The translations under genes and the position numbers were made by a program. Of a DNA stretch of 64,000 bases, positions 27,564 to 35,606 are shown piece by piece. Source of the DNA: a virus (lineage: Duplodnaviria > Caudoviricetes). The stretch is from IMG/VR virus record IMGVR_UViG_3300017766_001583, positions 2,452 through 66,451 of that record; one strand, 5' to 3'. Each line of letters begins with the position of its first letter. Positions within the stretch are counted from its first letter, which is position 1. The notes under the pieces are model-generated. The model had not been told where the DNA came from. It saw only the letters and a program-made list of their open reading frames with translations, and did not search any database.

Positions 27564-27848
27564 ATGGCACAGAGCAAAGCATTCACCACCGCGTGCTGGA
27601 AGGTACGCGACGCCTTGGCGGCTATCGAATCGACCGACTTCGCGATTTACTCAGAACAGATCATCGACACTTTCCGCGCAGCAAAAGCCCCGAAGGGCTA
27701 TTCGGTCGGCGACCTGTTCATCGAACTGGACACCCGCCCTGGGCGGTATGACTTCACCAACGCCCCCAGCTGGTTCAGCAAGCTGCGCACTGTGCGCAAC
27801 ACGCCACACGCCGGAACCCGCCTCTTCGCTACCTGGAGCAACTCATGA
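27564..27848 (+). CDS. Early hypothetical protein
   Basis: GAGG RBS; ATGA coupling to the next gene. Confidence 0.65.
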   Translation: MAQSKAFTTACWKVRDALAAIESTDFAIYSEQIIDTFRAAKAPKGYSVGDLFIELDTRPGRYDFTNAPSWFSKLRTVRNTPHAGTRLFATWSNS

Positions 27849-28129
27849 TCATCGAACCCGACGACCTGTTTAGATTCTGGACACCCGACGCCGTAGCCGA
27901 GTGTCTGTCCGTCTCCGATGAAACCTACCGTGCCCTATGGCACATAGTCGCCAACGCGCCCCCTCGTGAGTTTTGCGAGACACCCGACGCACAATGGGAC
28001 CGTTACGCGCTCATTCGGACCTGGGATCAACTCGACGCTACCGCCCAGGCCGACTGCAACCGCGCAGCCGCTAAGCACATGGAAAGCATCCGTGCTGCCG
28101 ACGCTTACAACCTCAACACGGAGAATTGA
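27845..28129 (+). CDS. Early hypothetical protein
   Basis: 94-aa coupled ORF. Confidence 0.6.
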   Translation: MIIEPDDLFRFWTPDAVAECLSVSDETYRALWHIVANAPPREFCETPDAQWDRYALIRTWDQLDATAQADCNRAAAKHMESIRAADAYNLNTEN

Positions 28130-28132
28130 CCA

Positions 28133-28651
28133 ATGTGGTACTACGACATTTCACCCGACGCCACCCGCGCCGCCATTGTTGAACGCGACGGATCAACCGT
28201 TGCCGACGTATCCGCGCCCGCTCACACCACGGCAGAAACCAATTTCGCCGATACCCTGGCCATGATGGCCGCAGCACCTACCATGCTGGCCGCGCTTCGC
28301 GCTCTGACCGACGCCATGGCGACCGTGGCGCGGCCGGTAGAGAATTGGCCCGAGTACTCGCAGGCGCTCCGGGCAATCGCCCGCGCTACGCAACCGCTCA
28401 CGCTCGATTATGTTCAAGACTCCGGCCACGGTTGGATCGGGGTCGACTATGACATGCTCGACCGGCTCGGGATCGCGAGTGAGATCACCGAGTACTCATA
28501 CCGTGGGCCGGATCGCGCATGGCTCGAGGAAGACTGCGACGCCGGCGTCTTGATGCGCGCCTTGTCATGCGCGGGCATCGAGTACCGAATCAAAGAAAAC
28601 CACATGCACGCAATGTGGATTCGCAGCCTGCCCCGCTGGAGTAAAGCATGA
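28133..28651 (+). CDS. Early two-domain hypothetical protein
   Basis: MAAAPTMLAAL motif fused to a DSGHGWIGV...SY...LEEDCDA domain. Confidence 0.7.
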   Translation: MWYYDISPDATRAAIVERDGSTVADVSAPAHTTAETNFADTLAMMAAAPTMLAALRALTDAMATVARPVENWPEYSQALRAIARATQPLTLDYVQDSGHGWIGVDYDMLDRLGIASEITEYSYRGPDRAWLEEDCDAGVLMRALSCAGIEYRIKENHMHAMWIRSLPRWSKA

Positions 28652-28851
28652 TTTACGTCATTACCTACACCAACCGACGCGGCCATGTCGGATTTTTGGG
28701 TGGCGGCCGGTTCACCACGAAATCGGAAGCGGAGCGCACCCTGACCGACTTGCGAGAATGGGCAGAGGAAGCGGGCCGGTCGAATCTCACAGTCCGCCGG
28801 TTTAAGAACATGACCGAAGCCTGCAATTGGCGCGATGCCAACCAAGCCTAG
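28648..28851 (+). CDS. Early hypothetical protein
   Basis: 67-aa coupled ORF. Confidence 0.55.
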   Translation: MIYVITYTNRRGHVGFLGGGRFTTKSEAERTLTDLREWAEEAGRSNLTVRRFKNMTEACNWRDANQA

Positions 28852-28854
28852 TAC

Positions 28855-28900
28855 GCGAAACCCCTACGGGGGTCTGCTGGCAGCACCAGCACTGATGAGC
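28855..28900 (+). ncRNA. Type II hammerhead ribozyme
   Basis: GC-GAAA-CCCC(UACG)GGGG-UC^-UGCUGG(CAGCA)CCAGCA-CUGAUGA-GC; complete catalytic core, predicted cleavage after 28874. Confidence 0.85.
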
Positions 28901-28938
28901 AACGCCGGCCCGCTACCGGTTCACCATGGGACAAGACC

Positions 28939-29196
28939 ATGATTGGCATCGAAACCAAAGTTATTCCCGCGTCGAACACGCGCCCGCGCCGTATTTGTGC
29001 GTTCACCTGCAACGGGCACCGCATCATCCGAGCGTATGACTCGGACGCACAGTCCGACGTCCTGGCACATTTTGCGGTCGCCCAGGCACTGATCGCCGAA
29101 CAATTCGATCATCCGCTGCCCTATCAGACCATGGCCTATGGCGGCACGAAGCTCGGGTACTTTTTCTGCTGGCCTCAATCGACGGTCGGAGCCTGA
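28939..29196 (+). CDS. Early hypothetical protein
   Basis: IETKVIPASNTRPRRI motif common in small early phage proteins. Confidence 0.65.
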   Translation: MIGIETKVIPASNTRPRRICAFTCNGHRIIRAYDSDAQSDVLAHFAVAQALIAEQFDHPLPYQTMAYGGTKLGYFFCWPQSTVGA

Positions 29197-29198
29197 CC

Positions 29199-29642
29199 AT
29201 GCTCACACTCACCCAGGCCGGCATCGACCGGCTCACACTTGACACCTACGACGGGTGCGAGCCTCCCGTTTTCGTTTACTGGAACCTGCGCCGCGCCTGC
29301 TGGTCCCTGCGCGCAATGCGTGGACACAATGCCGGCCGCGTCATCGCTCACGCATCCCTGCTGACCCTGGCCGCCGTCGCGCCTAAAGTGTCGGCCGCCG
29401 GTCGCGAGCGAGTGCGCCGCGAGAATCGCAAGAATGTGCACGCCGGACTAATCGGGGTCGTTGACCTGCGCGATTCTGTCGGGATGACGCTCGACCTGCC
29501 AACTTGCGATGCCCGCATCACATATGACCCATATATGCATGACGGGTTTGTTTATTCAGACGGTCGACCGTTTAGGGCTGCACGATACGCAGTGCTGCAA
29601 ACGATCAACAATCGCGCCCGCGTGCGCGTGAGCCAGGAGTAA
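29199..29642 (+). CDS. Conserved phage hypothetical protein
   Basis: VYWNL...WSLR...VSAAGRERVRRENRKNVHA...TYDPY. Confidence 0.75.
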   Translation: MLTLTQAGIDRLTLDTYDGCEPPVFVYWNLRRACWSLRAMRGHNAGRVIAHASLLTLAAVAPKVSAAGRERVRRENRKNVHAGLIGVVDLRDSVGMTLDLPTCDARITYDPYMHDGFVYSDGRPFRAARYAVLQTINNRARVRVSQE

Positions 29643-29647
29643 CACCC

Positions 29648-30325
29648 ATGCTGTACCACTACGTCGAGCGGTCATCGAACCGCAAAACCGGCCCGATCCC
29701 GGTGGTCTACTCTGAGCGCAGCACCTGCCCGCCGTCCTGCCCGCACTACCGGTCAGACTGTTACGCGGAGGATTTTTATACGCGCCTCGCCTGGGACAAG
29801 GTAGCCCAACGCGGCGCCGAGCTGGCAATGCTTTGCGAGCGGGTCGCAGCGTTACCCGACAATCAATTGTGGCGCTTCAATATCGCGGGCGACCTCCCCG
29901 GCGAAGGTGAGGCGGTCGATCCCGTGGCCCTGGGGCATATCGTCTGGGCAAACAGGGGCAAGCGTGGCTTCACATACACGCACAAGAAAAGCCCCGACGC
30001 GATCAAATGGGCAAAGCATGCGACCGACTGGGGTTTTACGGTCAATCTGTCGGCGGATGATGCCGGCGAAGCTGACGCACTGGCCGCTCATGGGCTGCCC
30101 GTCGTTTGCATTGTGCCGACCGATAGCCCGGAGAAAAGCGCCACGCCTGGGGGCCGGCGAATTGTCGTCTGCCCCGCTCAGACACGGGAGGACGTTACAT
30201 GCGCGACCTGCGGGCTATGCGCCAGGGCGGATCGCTCCGTGATCATCGGATTCCGTGCCCACGGCACCCGTGCAAAGCTTGCAGACGCCCGCGCCCGGCG
30301 GGTCATCCCCATCACCGTGCAGTGA
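29648..30325 (+). CDS. Cys-rich putative Fe-S protein (gp88/DUF7227-like)
   Basis: SNRKTG...TCPPSCP...CYA, RFNIAGDL, FTYTH, CPAQ..TCATCGLC, IGFRAHG. Confidence 0.65.
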   Translation: MLYHYVERSSNRKTGPIPVVYSERSTCPPSCPHYRSDCYAEDFYTRLAWDKVAQRGAELAMLCERVAALPDNQLWRFNIAGDLPGEGEAVDPVALGHIVWANRGKRGFTYTHKKSPDAIKWAKHATDWGFTVNLSADDAGEADALAAHGLPVVCIVPTDSPEKSATPGGRRIVVCPAQTREDVTCATCGLCARADRSVIIGFRAHGTRAKLADARARRVIPITVQ

Positions 30326-30335
30326 TAGGGTCGCA

Positions 30336-30384
30336 CGTACAGGGCCGCGTGCGGTTCTGTGCGGGCAATCCTGCCCACCTGGAG
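30336..30384 (+). promoter_or_regulatory. Two-hairpin leader element, copy A (upstream of acrIII-1)
   Basis: CGTACAG-GGCC...GGTT-CTGTGCG then GGGCA-ATCC-TGCCC then GGAG. Confidence 0.6.
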
Positions 30385-30390
30385 AACATT

Positions 30391-30717
30391 ATGCAATTCA
30401 TCAGTAACGCTTTTTCGCTCGGCATGGTGCCCAGGCACTTGCTGCGTACAGTGCGGGTGACCCCGTGCGAGCGCCCCGAGCTGTCAGGGTTGTGGTCTGT
30501 TGTCGGCCATGCCGACACCGCGCAGGTTCTCGGTGTCCCGTTCAATCGGGCAAGCGTCACCCTGCAAGCGGGTGATGTTCTGTACGTCGCGCAATTGCGC
30601 GGCGGCCGCCTGCCCGAGGGATCAACAACCCTGCCCGAGGGATTCGGGTTTGATTGGTGCCGGGTCGAGGTCGCGGGGGTTATCTCGCAGGCCGAGGCTC
30701 TGCTGGCGAGCCTGTAA
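30391..30717 (+). CDS. acrIII-1: AcrIII-1-like viral ring nuclease (DUF1874/STIV B116 family)
   Basis: ISNAFSLGM, SVVGHADT (catalytic His), FNR, GDVLYVAQL, RLPEG; GGAG RBS before ATG 30391. Confidence 0.85.
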   Translation: MQFISNAFSLGMVPRHLLRTVRVTPCERPELSGLWSVVGHADTAQVLGVPFNRASVTLQAGDVLYVAQLRGGRLPEGSTTLPEGFGFDWCRVEVAGVISQAEALLASL

Positions 30718-30739
30718 CCCCATCACCTGGGAGAACATC

Positions 30740-30982
30740 ATGCCATTCGCAGCACGTTACCCTGGTCAGTGCGCCCGCACTGGCACCCCTATCAAAATAG
30801 GCGACCCGATTGTATCGGTCGGTCGCAACCGTTACGCGCACGCCACGCTAAGCACGCCAGCGACACGCGACGATGATCGGTACATCTCCCATATTTGGCG
30901 CTTGTCGTCCGGCAAAGAGCTGTACCGGAACAAGGCCGGCCGATGCGAAGACGCGCCATGCTGCGGGTGCTGCAATGTCTAG
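30740..30982 (+). CDS. Small Cys-rich early protein
   Basis: ARYPGQCARTG...RCEDAPCCGCC; GGGAG RBS. Confidence 0.7.
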   Translation: MPFAARYPGQCARTGTPIKIGDPIVSVGRNRYAHATLSTPATRDDDRYISHIWRLSSGKELYRNKAGRCEDAPCCGCCNV

Positions 30983-31241
30983 CATCGACTACACCGTGAC
31001 CGACGGCCAGCTCGTCGTCATGCACCATGGCCGACCGGAAGGGGCATGGGTTTTGCCCGATTCCGATGGGGTTGGCGTGCTGACTGTCGAGCTGGAAGAC
31101 CTGACCGGATTCGGATACGTCGACATTGTTCAACTGTCCGACGGCCGGCATGCGGTCATCGATAACACTTCTGCAACCCTGTATCGGTCTGCTGCGGATT
31201 CCTTTTCCGACCATAACCCCTGGCCCCTGGAGGCATTATGA
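30975..31241 (+). CDS. Early hypothetical protein
   Basis: Start re-called at MSSIDY, overlapping the previous stop. Confidence 0.55.
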   Translation: MSSIDYTVTDGQLVVMHHGRPEGAWVLPDSDGVGVLTVELEDLTGFGYVDIVQLSDGRHAVIDNTSATLYRSAADSFSDHNPWPLEAL

Positions 31242-31492
31242 GCATAGTCGCGCACCCTGGCGGAGGTTTTTCCGTCACCGGCCCCGAATCAATCGCCCTG
31301 TACCGTCTGATTGTCCTGCGGCAGGCCCTGAGCCTGTACGCAAAGACCGGGATGCGCCCGTCCCGCAGCGTCACCCCGACCTATATGCTTCAGATGGCCG
31401 AGGAGGTTACGGGCAAAAAGTACAAGCGGGGGCAGCACGCCCAGGCGGCCGAAGACATGAATGCGGTCATCGACGCCCGGAGGCCCGCATGA
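31238..31492 (+). CDS. Early hypothetical protein
   Basis: GGAGG RBS; 84 aa. Confidence 0.65.
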   Translation: MSIVAHPGGGFSVTGPESIALYRLIVLRQALSLYAKTGMRPSRSVTPTYMLQMAEEVTGKKYKRGQHAQAAEDMNAVIDARRPA

Positions 31493-31692
31493 CTCACGAT
31501 GCTAGCGCCCTGGTCGAGCGCGCCCGGAAGTTATACGAGAGTGACGCGCTTGAAATCGACGACAACTCGCGCATCAGCGTGACCGAAAACGGGTACTGGG
31601 TCCAGGCATGGGTCTGGGTGCCCGGCGCGCCCGAGAGCGACGGCAATTCAGACAGCAACGAGGATTCAAAGCGCCACGGAGGCGCATGGTAA
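31489..31692 (+). CDS. Early hypothetical protein
   Basis: MTHDASAL...EIDDNSRIS...GYWVQAWVWV; ATGA coupling. Confidence 0.6.
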   Translation: MTHDASALVERARKLYESDALEIDDNSRISVTENGYWVQAWVWVPGAPESDGNSDSNEDSKRHGGAW

Positions 31693-31699
31693 GGGTTCA

Positions 31700-31749
31700 C
31701 GTACAGCCCCTGTACGCGGGGGTTGTGCGGGCAATCTTGCCCCATAGGA
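31700..31749 (+). promoter_or_regulatory. Two-hairpin leader element, copy B
   Basis: CGTACAG-CCCC...GGGG-TTGTGCG then GGGCA-ATCT-TGCCC then GGAG. Confidence 0.6.
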
Positions 31750-31756
31750 GAAGACA

Positions 31757-31855
31757 ATGTACGAAGAGGATATTGCCCTGTGGAAGGGTCTGCTGTTAGG
31801 TGCCGGCCTGGGGCTGGCGTTCTGGCTTGTTGTTGTGTTCCTTTTCACCCTTTGA
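31757..31855 (+). CDS. 32-aa single-pass membrane peptide (absent from the ORF track)
   Basis: MYEEDIALWKGLLLGAGLGLAFWLVVVFLFTL; GGAG RBS. Confidence 0.6.
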   Translation: MYEEDIALWKGLLLGAGLGLAFWLVVVFLFTL

Positions 31856-31862
31856 GGTAGTC

Positions 31863-32036
31863 ATGGATCCTTTTACAGTCACCATCGTGGACGAAGAGCT
31901 GACCGTTTACTTTAAAACGACCGACGTTCAGCGGACATGGAAACAACACGGCTGGGTGCCGCCCAGCGAGACACCTGAGTTCTTGGCAAAATGGGAGTAC
32001 TTTCGGAAGCTTGACACCGAGCGGAGGAGTGTTTGA
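31863..32036 (+). CDS. Early hypothetical protein
   Basis: YFKTTDVQRTWKQHGWVPPSE; GAGGT RBS. Confidence 0.65.
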   Translation: MDPFTVTIVDEELTVYFKTTDVQRTWKQHGWVPPSETPEFLAKWEYFRKLDTERRSV

Positions 32037-32332
32037 ACAACCTGAAGATGTACGGGGGGCGTGTCCCCCTTTTGACGGGACACCCCGATAACCCGATCCT
32101 GCTGGTCGACTTCCCGTCGTTTGAGGAGTTCAGCAAACTCTATGGGCATCGGGTTTCAATCGGTAGCCGCATTCGGTACTACGAGCTGCTCTCGGCTCGC
32201 GTAAAAGGGGCCACCCTGGAGGATGCCGGCCAGCTCGCAGGCGTCACTCGCGAGAGGGTTCGGCAGATCGAGGCGAAGTTCCTGCGCCTGATGCGCCGGT
32301 CACGACTGGCTTCAATGAAGCCATCGCTTTGA
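32033..32332 (+). CDS. Sigma70 region-4-like HTH protein
   Basis: TLEDAGQLAGVTRERVRQIEAK. Confidence 0.75.
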   Translation: MNNLKMYGGRVPLLTGHPDNPILLVDFPSFEEFSKLYGHRVSIGSRIRYYELLSARVKGATLEDAGQLAGVTRERVRQIEAKFLRLMRRSRLASMKPSL

Positions 32333-33089
32333 AAAGGCCGACTCGGAGATGGTAATCATTGAAGTCTTCGCCCACTGTCTCCGAGAGCCAATGAGGTTTG
32401 CCGGTCTGTTCAGCCGCGAGTTTCCCGGTATGGTTCGGATCGTTGTCTGCCACGACGATCCCCCCTTGGACGTTGCCCGCTACGTTCTTCAGGTTCCCTG
32501 CGGAGAAACAGACGTAGATCGTGGCCTTGATTTTCATGGCCTGCATGACGGCGCGGATGCTCAGCCCTGTCGCATAGCCCTCGCAGAAAACGGGTACACC
32601 CCGTGCGTCAATCACGAACGCTGCGCCCTTGGTCGTCTGTCCTTGCAGGAACTTCTTGTCCCCTTCGTTACTGATGAGCTGGCACCCGGCCAGCCGCGAC
32701 CCGAGTCTCATTGGGATGACTAGCAGACCGTTGTAGATTTGCCCGACCTCATCCTTGAATCCCTTCTTTTCGAGATAGGGATGCGTCCCAGGCACTGAGT
32801 GGGCAAGGATGTAGGCGGCCTTCTCCGCGGCTCTCTTTGCTGCCTCGATCCGCTCCCTGTCGATGGTCTGAATGATGCGTTGAACCCCAGGCGCACGCTC
32901 TTCATCGCTGCGCCACATCTCAGGGCTTGTCATGGTTGCCCAGTTCTGCACCCAGCCGACGTCCCCCAGGTACTTGTACCTGCCGTTCCTTTTGCGAGGA
33001 TGATCTTCTGTCGGGACGGCCATCCACTTACCTACAACCACTGAAGTCATGCGCAAACCATGCAAACGGGCAAAGTCTTCAAAACGCAT
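32244..33089 (-). CDS. Toprim-domain DNA primase
   Basis: VFCEGYATGLSI, VVADND, GEDFND; start re-called at MRFEDFA. Confidence 0.8.
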   Translation of the reverse strand: MRFEDFARLHGLRMTSVVVGKWMAVPTEDHPRKRNGRYKYLGDVGWVQNWATMTSPEMWRSDEERAPGVQRIIQTIDRERIEAAKRAAEKAAYILAHSVPGTHPYLEKKGFKDEVGQIYNGLLVIPMRLGSRLAGCQLISNEGDKKFLQGQTTKGAAFVIDARGVPVFCEGYATGLSIRAVMQAMKIKATIYVCFSAGNLKNVAGNVQGGIVVADNDPNHTGKLAAEQTGKPHWLSETVGEDFNDYHLRVGLFKAMASLKPVVTGASGAGTSPRSAEPSRE

Positions 33090-33135
33090 CAAAACCCCCT
33101 CGAAACGGCCAAAAACATGCAAAAACTGGCCAAAT

Positions 33136-33179
33136 AATTACTTATTGCCGCTTTTGGCGAATTACTTATTGCCGCTTTT
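33136..33179. repeat. 20-bp perfect direct repeat (24-bp period)
   Basis: AATTACTTATTGCCGCTTTT at 33136 and 33160. Confidence 0.85.
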
Positions 33180-34660
33180 TATCCGGCCCCAATGCGGTTC
33201 CGGGCCTTCGCCCAGGCAATGTTTCGCGAGCGAATCCAATTGGCAGTGACCAGCGTGTATGGCTGCGGAGTCTCCTGCAAACCCCTTGGCCACACTCCAA
33301 ACTTCTCACGGTACTTATGCGCCGCCCAGTTCAGGTTGTACCCGCGCTCCTTGGCAAAGAACAGCAGCTCAGAGTAAAAGTCCTGCTTGTTCAGCTTGTT
33401 CTTGTTTGTTGTCAGCTCCTGCATCTCGCCGGCAACAGACTCGACCTGACTCTTACGCTGGCGCACATGGCCGCATGACGGGCAACTCTGCGCACCCTTT
33501 GGCCAGAGAAAACCGCAGCTCGGGCACTTGGACTCGGACTTGACTAGGTCGGTAGGCTCTTTCTTCGCCTTCTCGATCTTCTGATCAAGCTCCTGGACGC
33601 CGCCCTCGTACAGGTCATCCCAGTCTTCCATGAAACGGAGATAGTTTCCCCCATGATCCAGCCATACGGCAAACTGCTTGGATGGGTGAGGACGCATGAC
33701 GCGCCCCATCTGCTGGACATGACTCGACAGGGACTTAGAGAACGGACGGGCTGATACGCCGATCTTTACGTCCGCAACGTCAAAGCCGCGGGTCAGAATG
33801 TCAGTAGCGATCAGGCCATGGATTGTCGTATCCGGCTTGGCGAATTCCTCAATCGCATCCCGCTTGAACTGATCGTCGTCCTTGTAACTGATCGACACAA
33901 AGTTGTACCCCTTGCGGGCAAACTGCTCGACCAGATCGGCGCCATGAGCCACGCCAGCACAGAACACAATCGTCTTCTCCGGCTTGCCGTAAATCTCATG
34001 CGTCTTCTTGATCCACTCTTCGACAATGTCACCCGTGATCTTCATGCCGCGCTCTTGAACAACATCCGGCGACCACTCCCCGGCGATCTTCCTCGCCCCA
34101 GACATGTCGATCTCTTTGGCTATGTACACCTTGAGCGGTGTCAGCCAGTTGTTCTTGACCAGCCACTCATTGGTCGCTCCGCAGACAACGTGCTTATAAA
34201 CGTCGCCCAGGCCCTTCGTAAACGGCGTGGCAGTCAGACCAACGACTTTGATCTCGGGATGCTTCTTGATGAACTCGATGGTCTGCTTGCGAGCGATATG
34301 GCACTCATCGATGATCAGCAGATCGACCTCGGGGAACTTGTCCCTGCGCTCAAGAGTCTGTGCGCTGCACACCTGGAGCCGCTCTTTCGGGTCGAACTTC
34401 CAATGGCCGGACTGGAAGACGCCATGGCTCAGGTGATACTTTGAAAGCCTCATGCTGGTCTGATCCACCAGCACAAGCCTGTCCAAGACCATGGCGGCCT
34501 TCTTGTACTTGTCCTTGACCGCGGCCATCAACGCAATGGCCACCTCGGTCTTCCCAAAGCCAGTCGGGGCGTACAAAAGCTGAGCCTGATGGCCCAGCCT
34601 GAAGCCCTCCCGCAGGGCTTCAATCACCTTGGTTTGGTGTTCTCTCAACTGAAGTTCCAT
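33179..34660 (-). CDS. Superfamily 2 helicase with C-terminal Zn finger (RadD/YejH-like)
   Basis: APTGFGKT, IIDECH, LTATP, QQMGRVMR, CPSC..CPSC. Confidence 0.9.
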   Translation of the reverse strand: MELQLREHQTKVIEALREGFRLGHQAQLLYAPTGFGKTEVAIALMAAVKDKYKKAAMVLDRLVLVDQTSMRLSKYHLSHGVFQSGHWKFDPKERLQVCSAQTLERRDKFPEVDLLIIDECHIARKQTIEFIKKHPEIKVVGLTATPFTKGLGDVYKHVVCGATNEWLVKNNWLTPLKVYIAKEIDMSGARKIAGEWSPDVVQERGMKITGDIVEEWIKKTHEIYGKPEKTIVFCAGVAHGADLVEQFARKGYNFVSISYKDDDQFKRDAIEEFAKPDTTIHGLIATDILTRGFDVADVKIGVSARPFSKSLSSHVQQMGRVMRPHPSKQFAVWLDHGGNYLRFMEDWDDLYEGGVQELDQKIEKAKKEPTDLVKSESKCPSCGFLWPKGAQSCPSCGHVRQRKSQVESVAGEMQELTTNKNKLNKQDFYSELLFFAKERGYNLNWAAHKYREKFGVWPRGLQETPQPYTLVTANWIRSRNIAWAKARNRIGAG

Positions 34661-34671
34661 AGTTCCTCCTT

Positions 34672-34780
34672 TTTGGACAGGTTGGACAGGATGTAAGGTG
34701 TTTTACCTATTTCTCGTATGAGAGATTTAATATTTTGGACTTTGCCCAAAAAAGCGAAAATCCTGTCCAACCTGTCCAAA
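34672..34780. repeat. 21-bp perfect inverted repeat flanking an AT-rich 67-bp spacer
   Basis: TTTGGACAGGTTGGACAGGAT at 34672-34692; its reverse complement at 34760-34780. Confidence 0.9.
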
Positions 34781-34781
34781 G

Positions 34782-35606
34782 TTACCCCTCCAGCTTCTTG
34801 ATCTTTGCCTGCAAGACTTTCACAGTGCCCATCAGCTCAGCATTGCGAGCCTGGAACATGTCCCGAGAGTCTCTCAGGGCGGCATTGTCGATCTCCAGCA
34901 GGCGCACATGCTCGCGCAGCTCGTTGATCGTATCCTGCACATCGATCTTCTCGATCTCGCTGGCATCCCACTGCCCAACCGCAACGGCGTCCCGCAGCTT
35001 TTGATTCTCGGCGACCAGCTCGTTGATCGTGTCGGCCAGCTCATTAGATTCTTGAACCGGCTCATGCTCTTCGATCTGCTCTTCTTTGGCTGGCTTGGCT
35101 TGCTTCCGCGACAAGCTCTCCGTCTTAACCTCGTAGCTTTTGCCGGCGTTCTTGATAACCTTCGCGACCGGCTCAGCGATCTGCAAACTCGCTTTGATGC
35201 GCCCGACCGTCATCTTTGACAGGCCAACGTGCCTAGCAATTGCAGCGTTAGTCCAGTCCTTTGAAAGAGGATGCTCAAACATCCTCAGTACGATGGCTTT
35301 GTTGTCCTCTGGCGTAGTCGGCAAGCCGCGCTTCGCATTCGCCCCAAAAGAGAAAAGCTGGGCATCCTGGACCGTCCCAGTACGAACATCTGCACCGATG
35401 ACAGAAAGCCATGCCATCTTCGCTGCGTGCCAGCGGTGGAAGCCATCCGCTAACCAATAGTGACTGCCGTCGTGGAAAACAATAATGGGGGGGAAGTCGT
35501 CGCCCTCCTCCATATGCTCAGCGTACTGAGCAACCTTGGCAGTGTTCAGCTCGACGCGGGCTTGAGTCTCCCCGTCTAGACGGATCTTCGTTAGTTCGAT
35601 GTTCAT
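34782..35606 (-). CDS. ParB/Srx-like N-terminal domain + HTH + coiled-coil protein
   Basis: FPPIIVFHDGSHYWLADGFHRWHA; WTNAAIARHVGLSKMTVGRIK; GGAGG RBS before MNIEL. Confidence 0.8.
   Translation of the reverse strand: MNIELTKIRLDGETQARVELNTAKVAQYAEHMEEGDDFPPIIVFHDGSHYWLADGFHRWHAAKMAWLSVIGADVRTGTVQDAQLFSFGANAKRGLPTTPEDNKAIVLRMFEHPLSKDWTNAAIARHVGLSKMTVGRIKASLQIAEPVAKVIKNAGKSYEVKTESLSRKQAKPAKEEQIEEHEPVQESNELADTINELVAENQKLRDAVAVGQWDASEIEKIDVQDTINELREHVRLLEIDNAALRDSRDMFQARNAELMGTVKVLQAKIKKLEG

Noticed and set aside
32671-32680. Second CTGATGAG hammerhead-like core
   Set aside because: Inside the primase gene on the non-coding strand; no matching GAAA/UH elements or stems found
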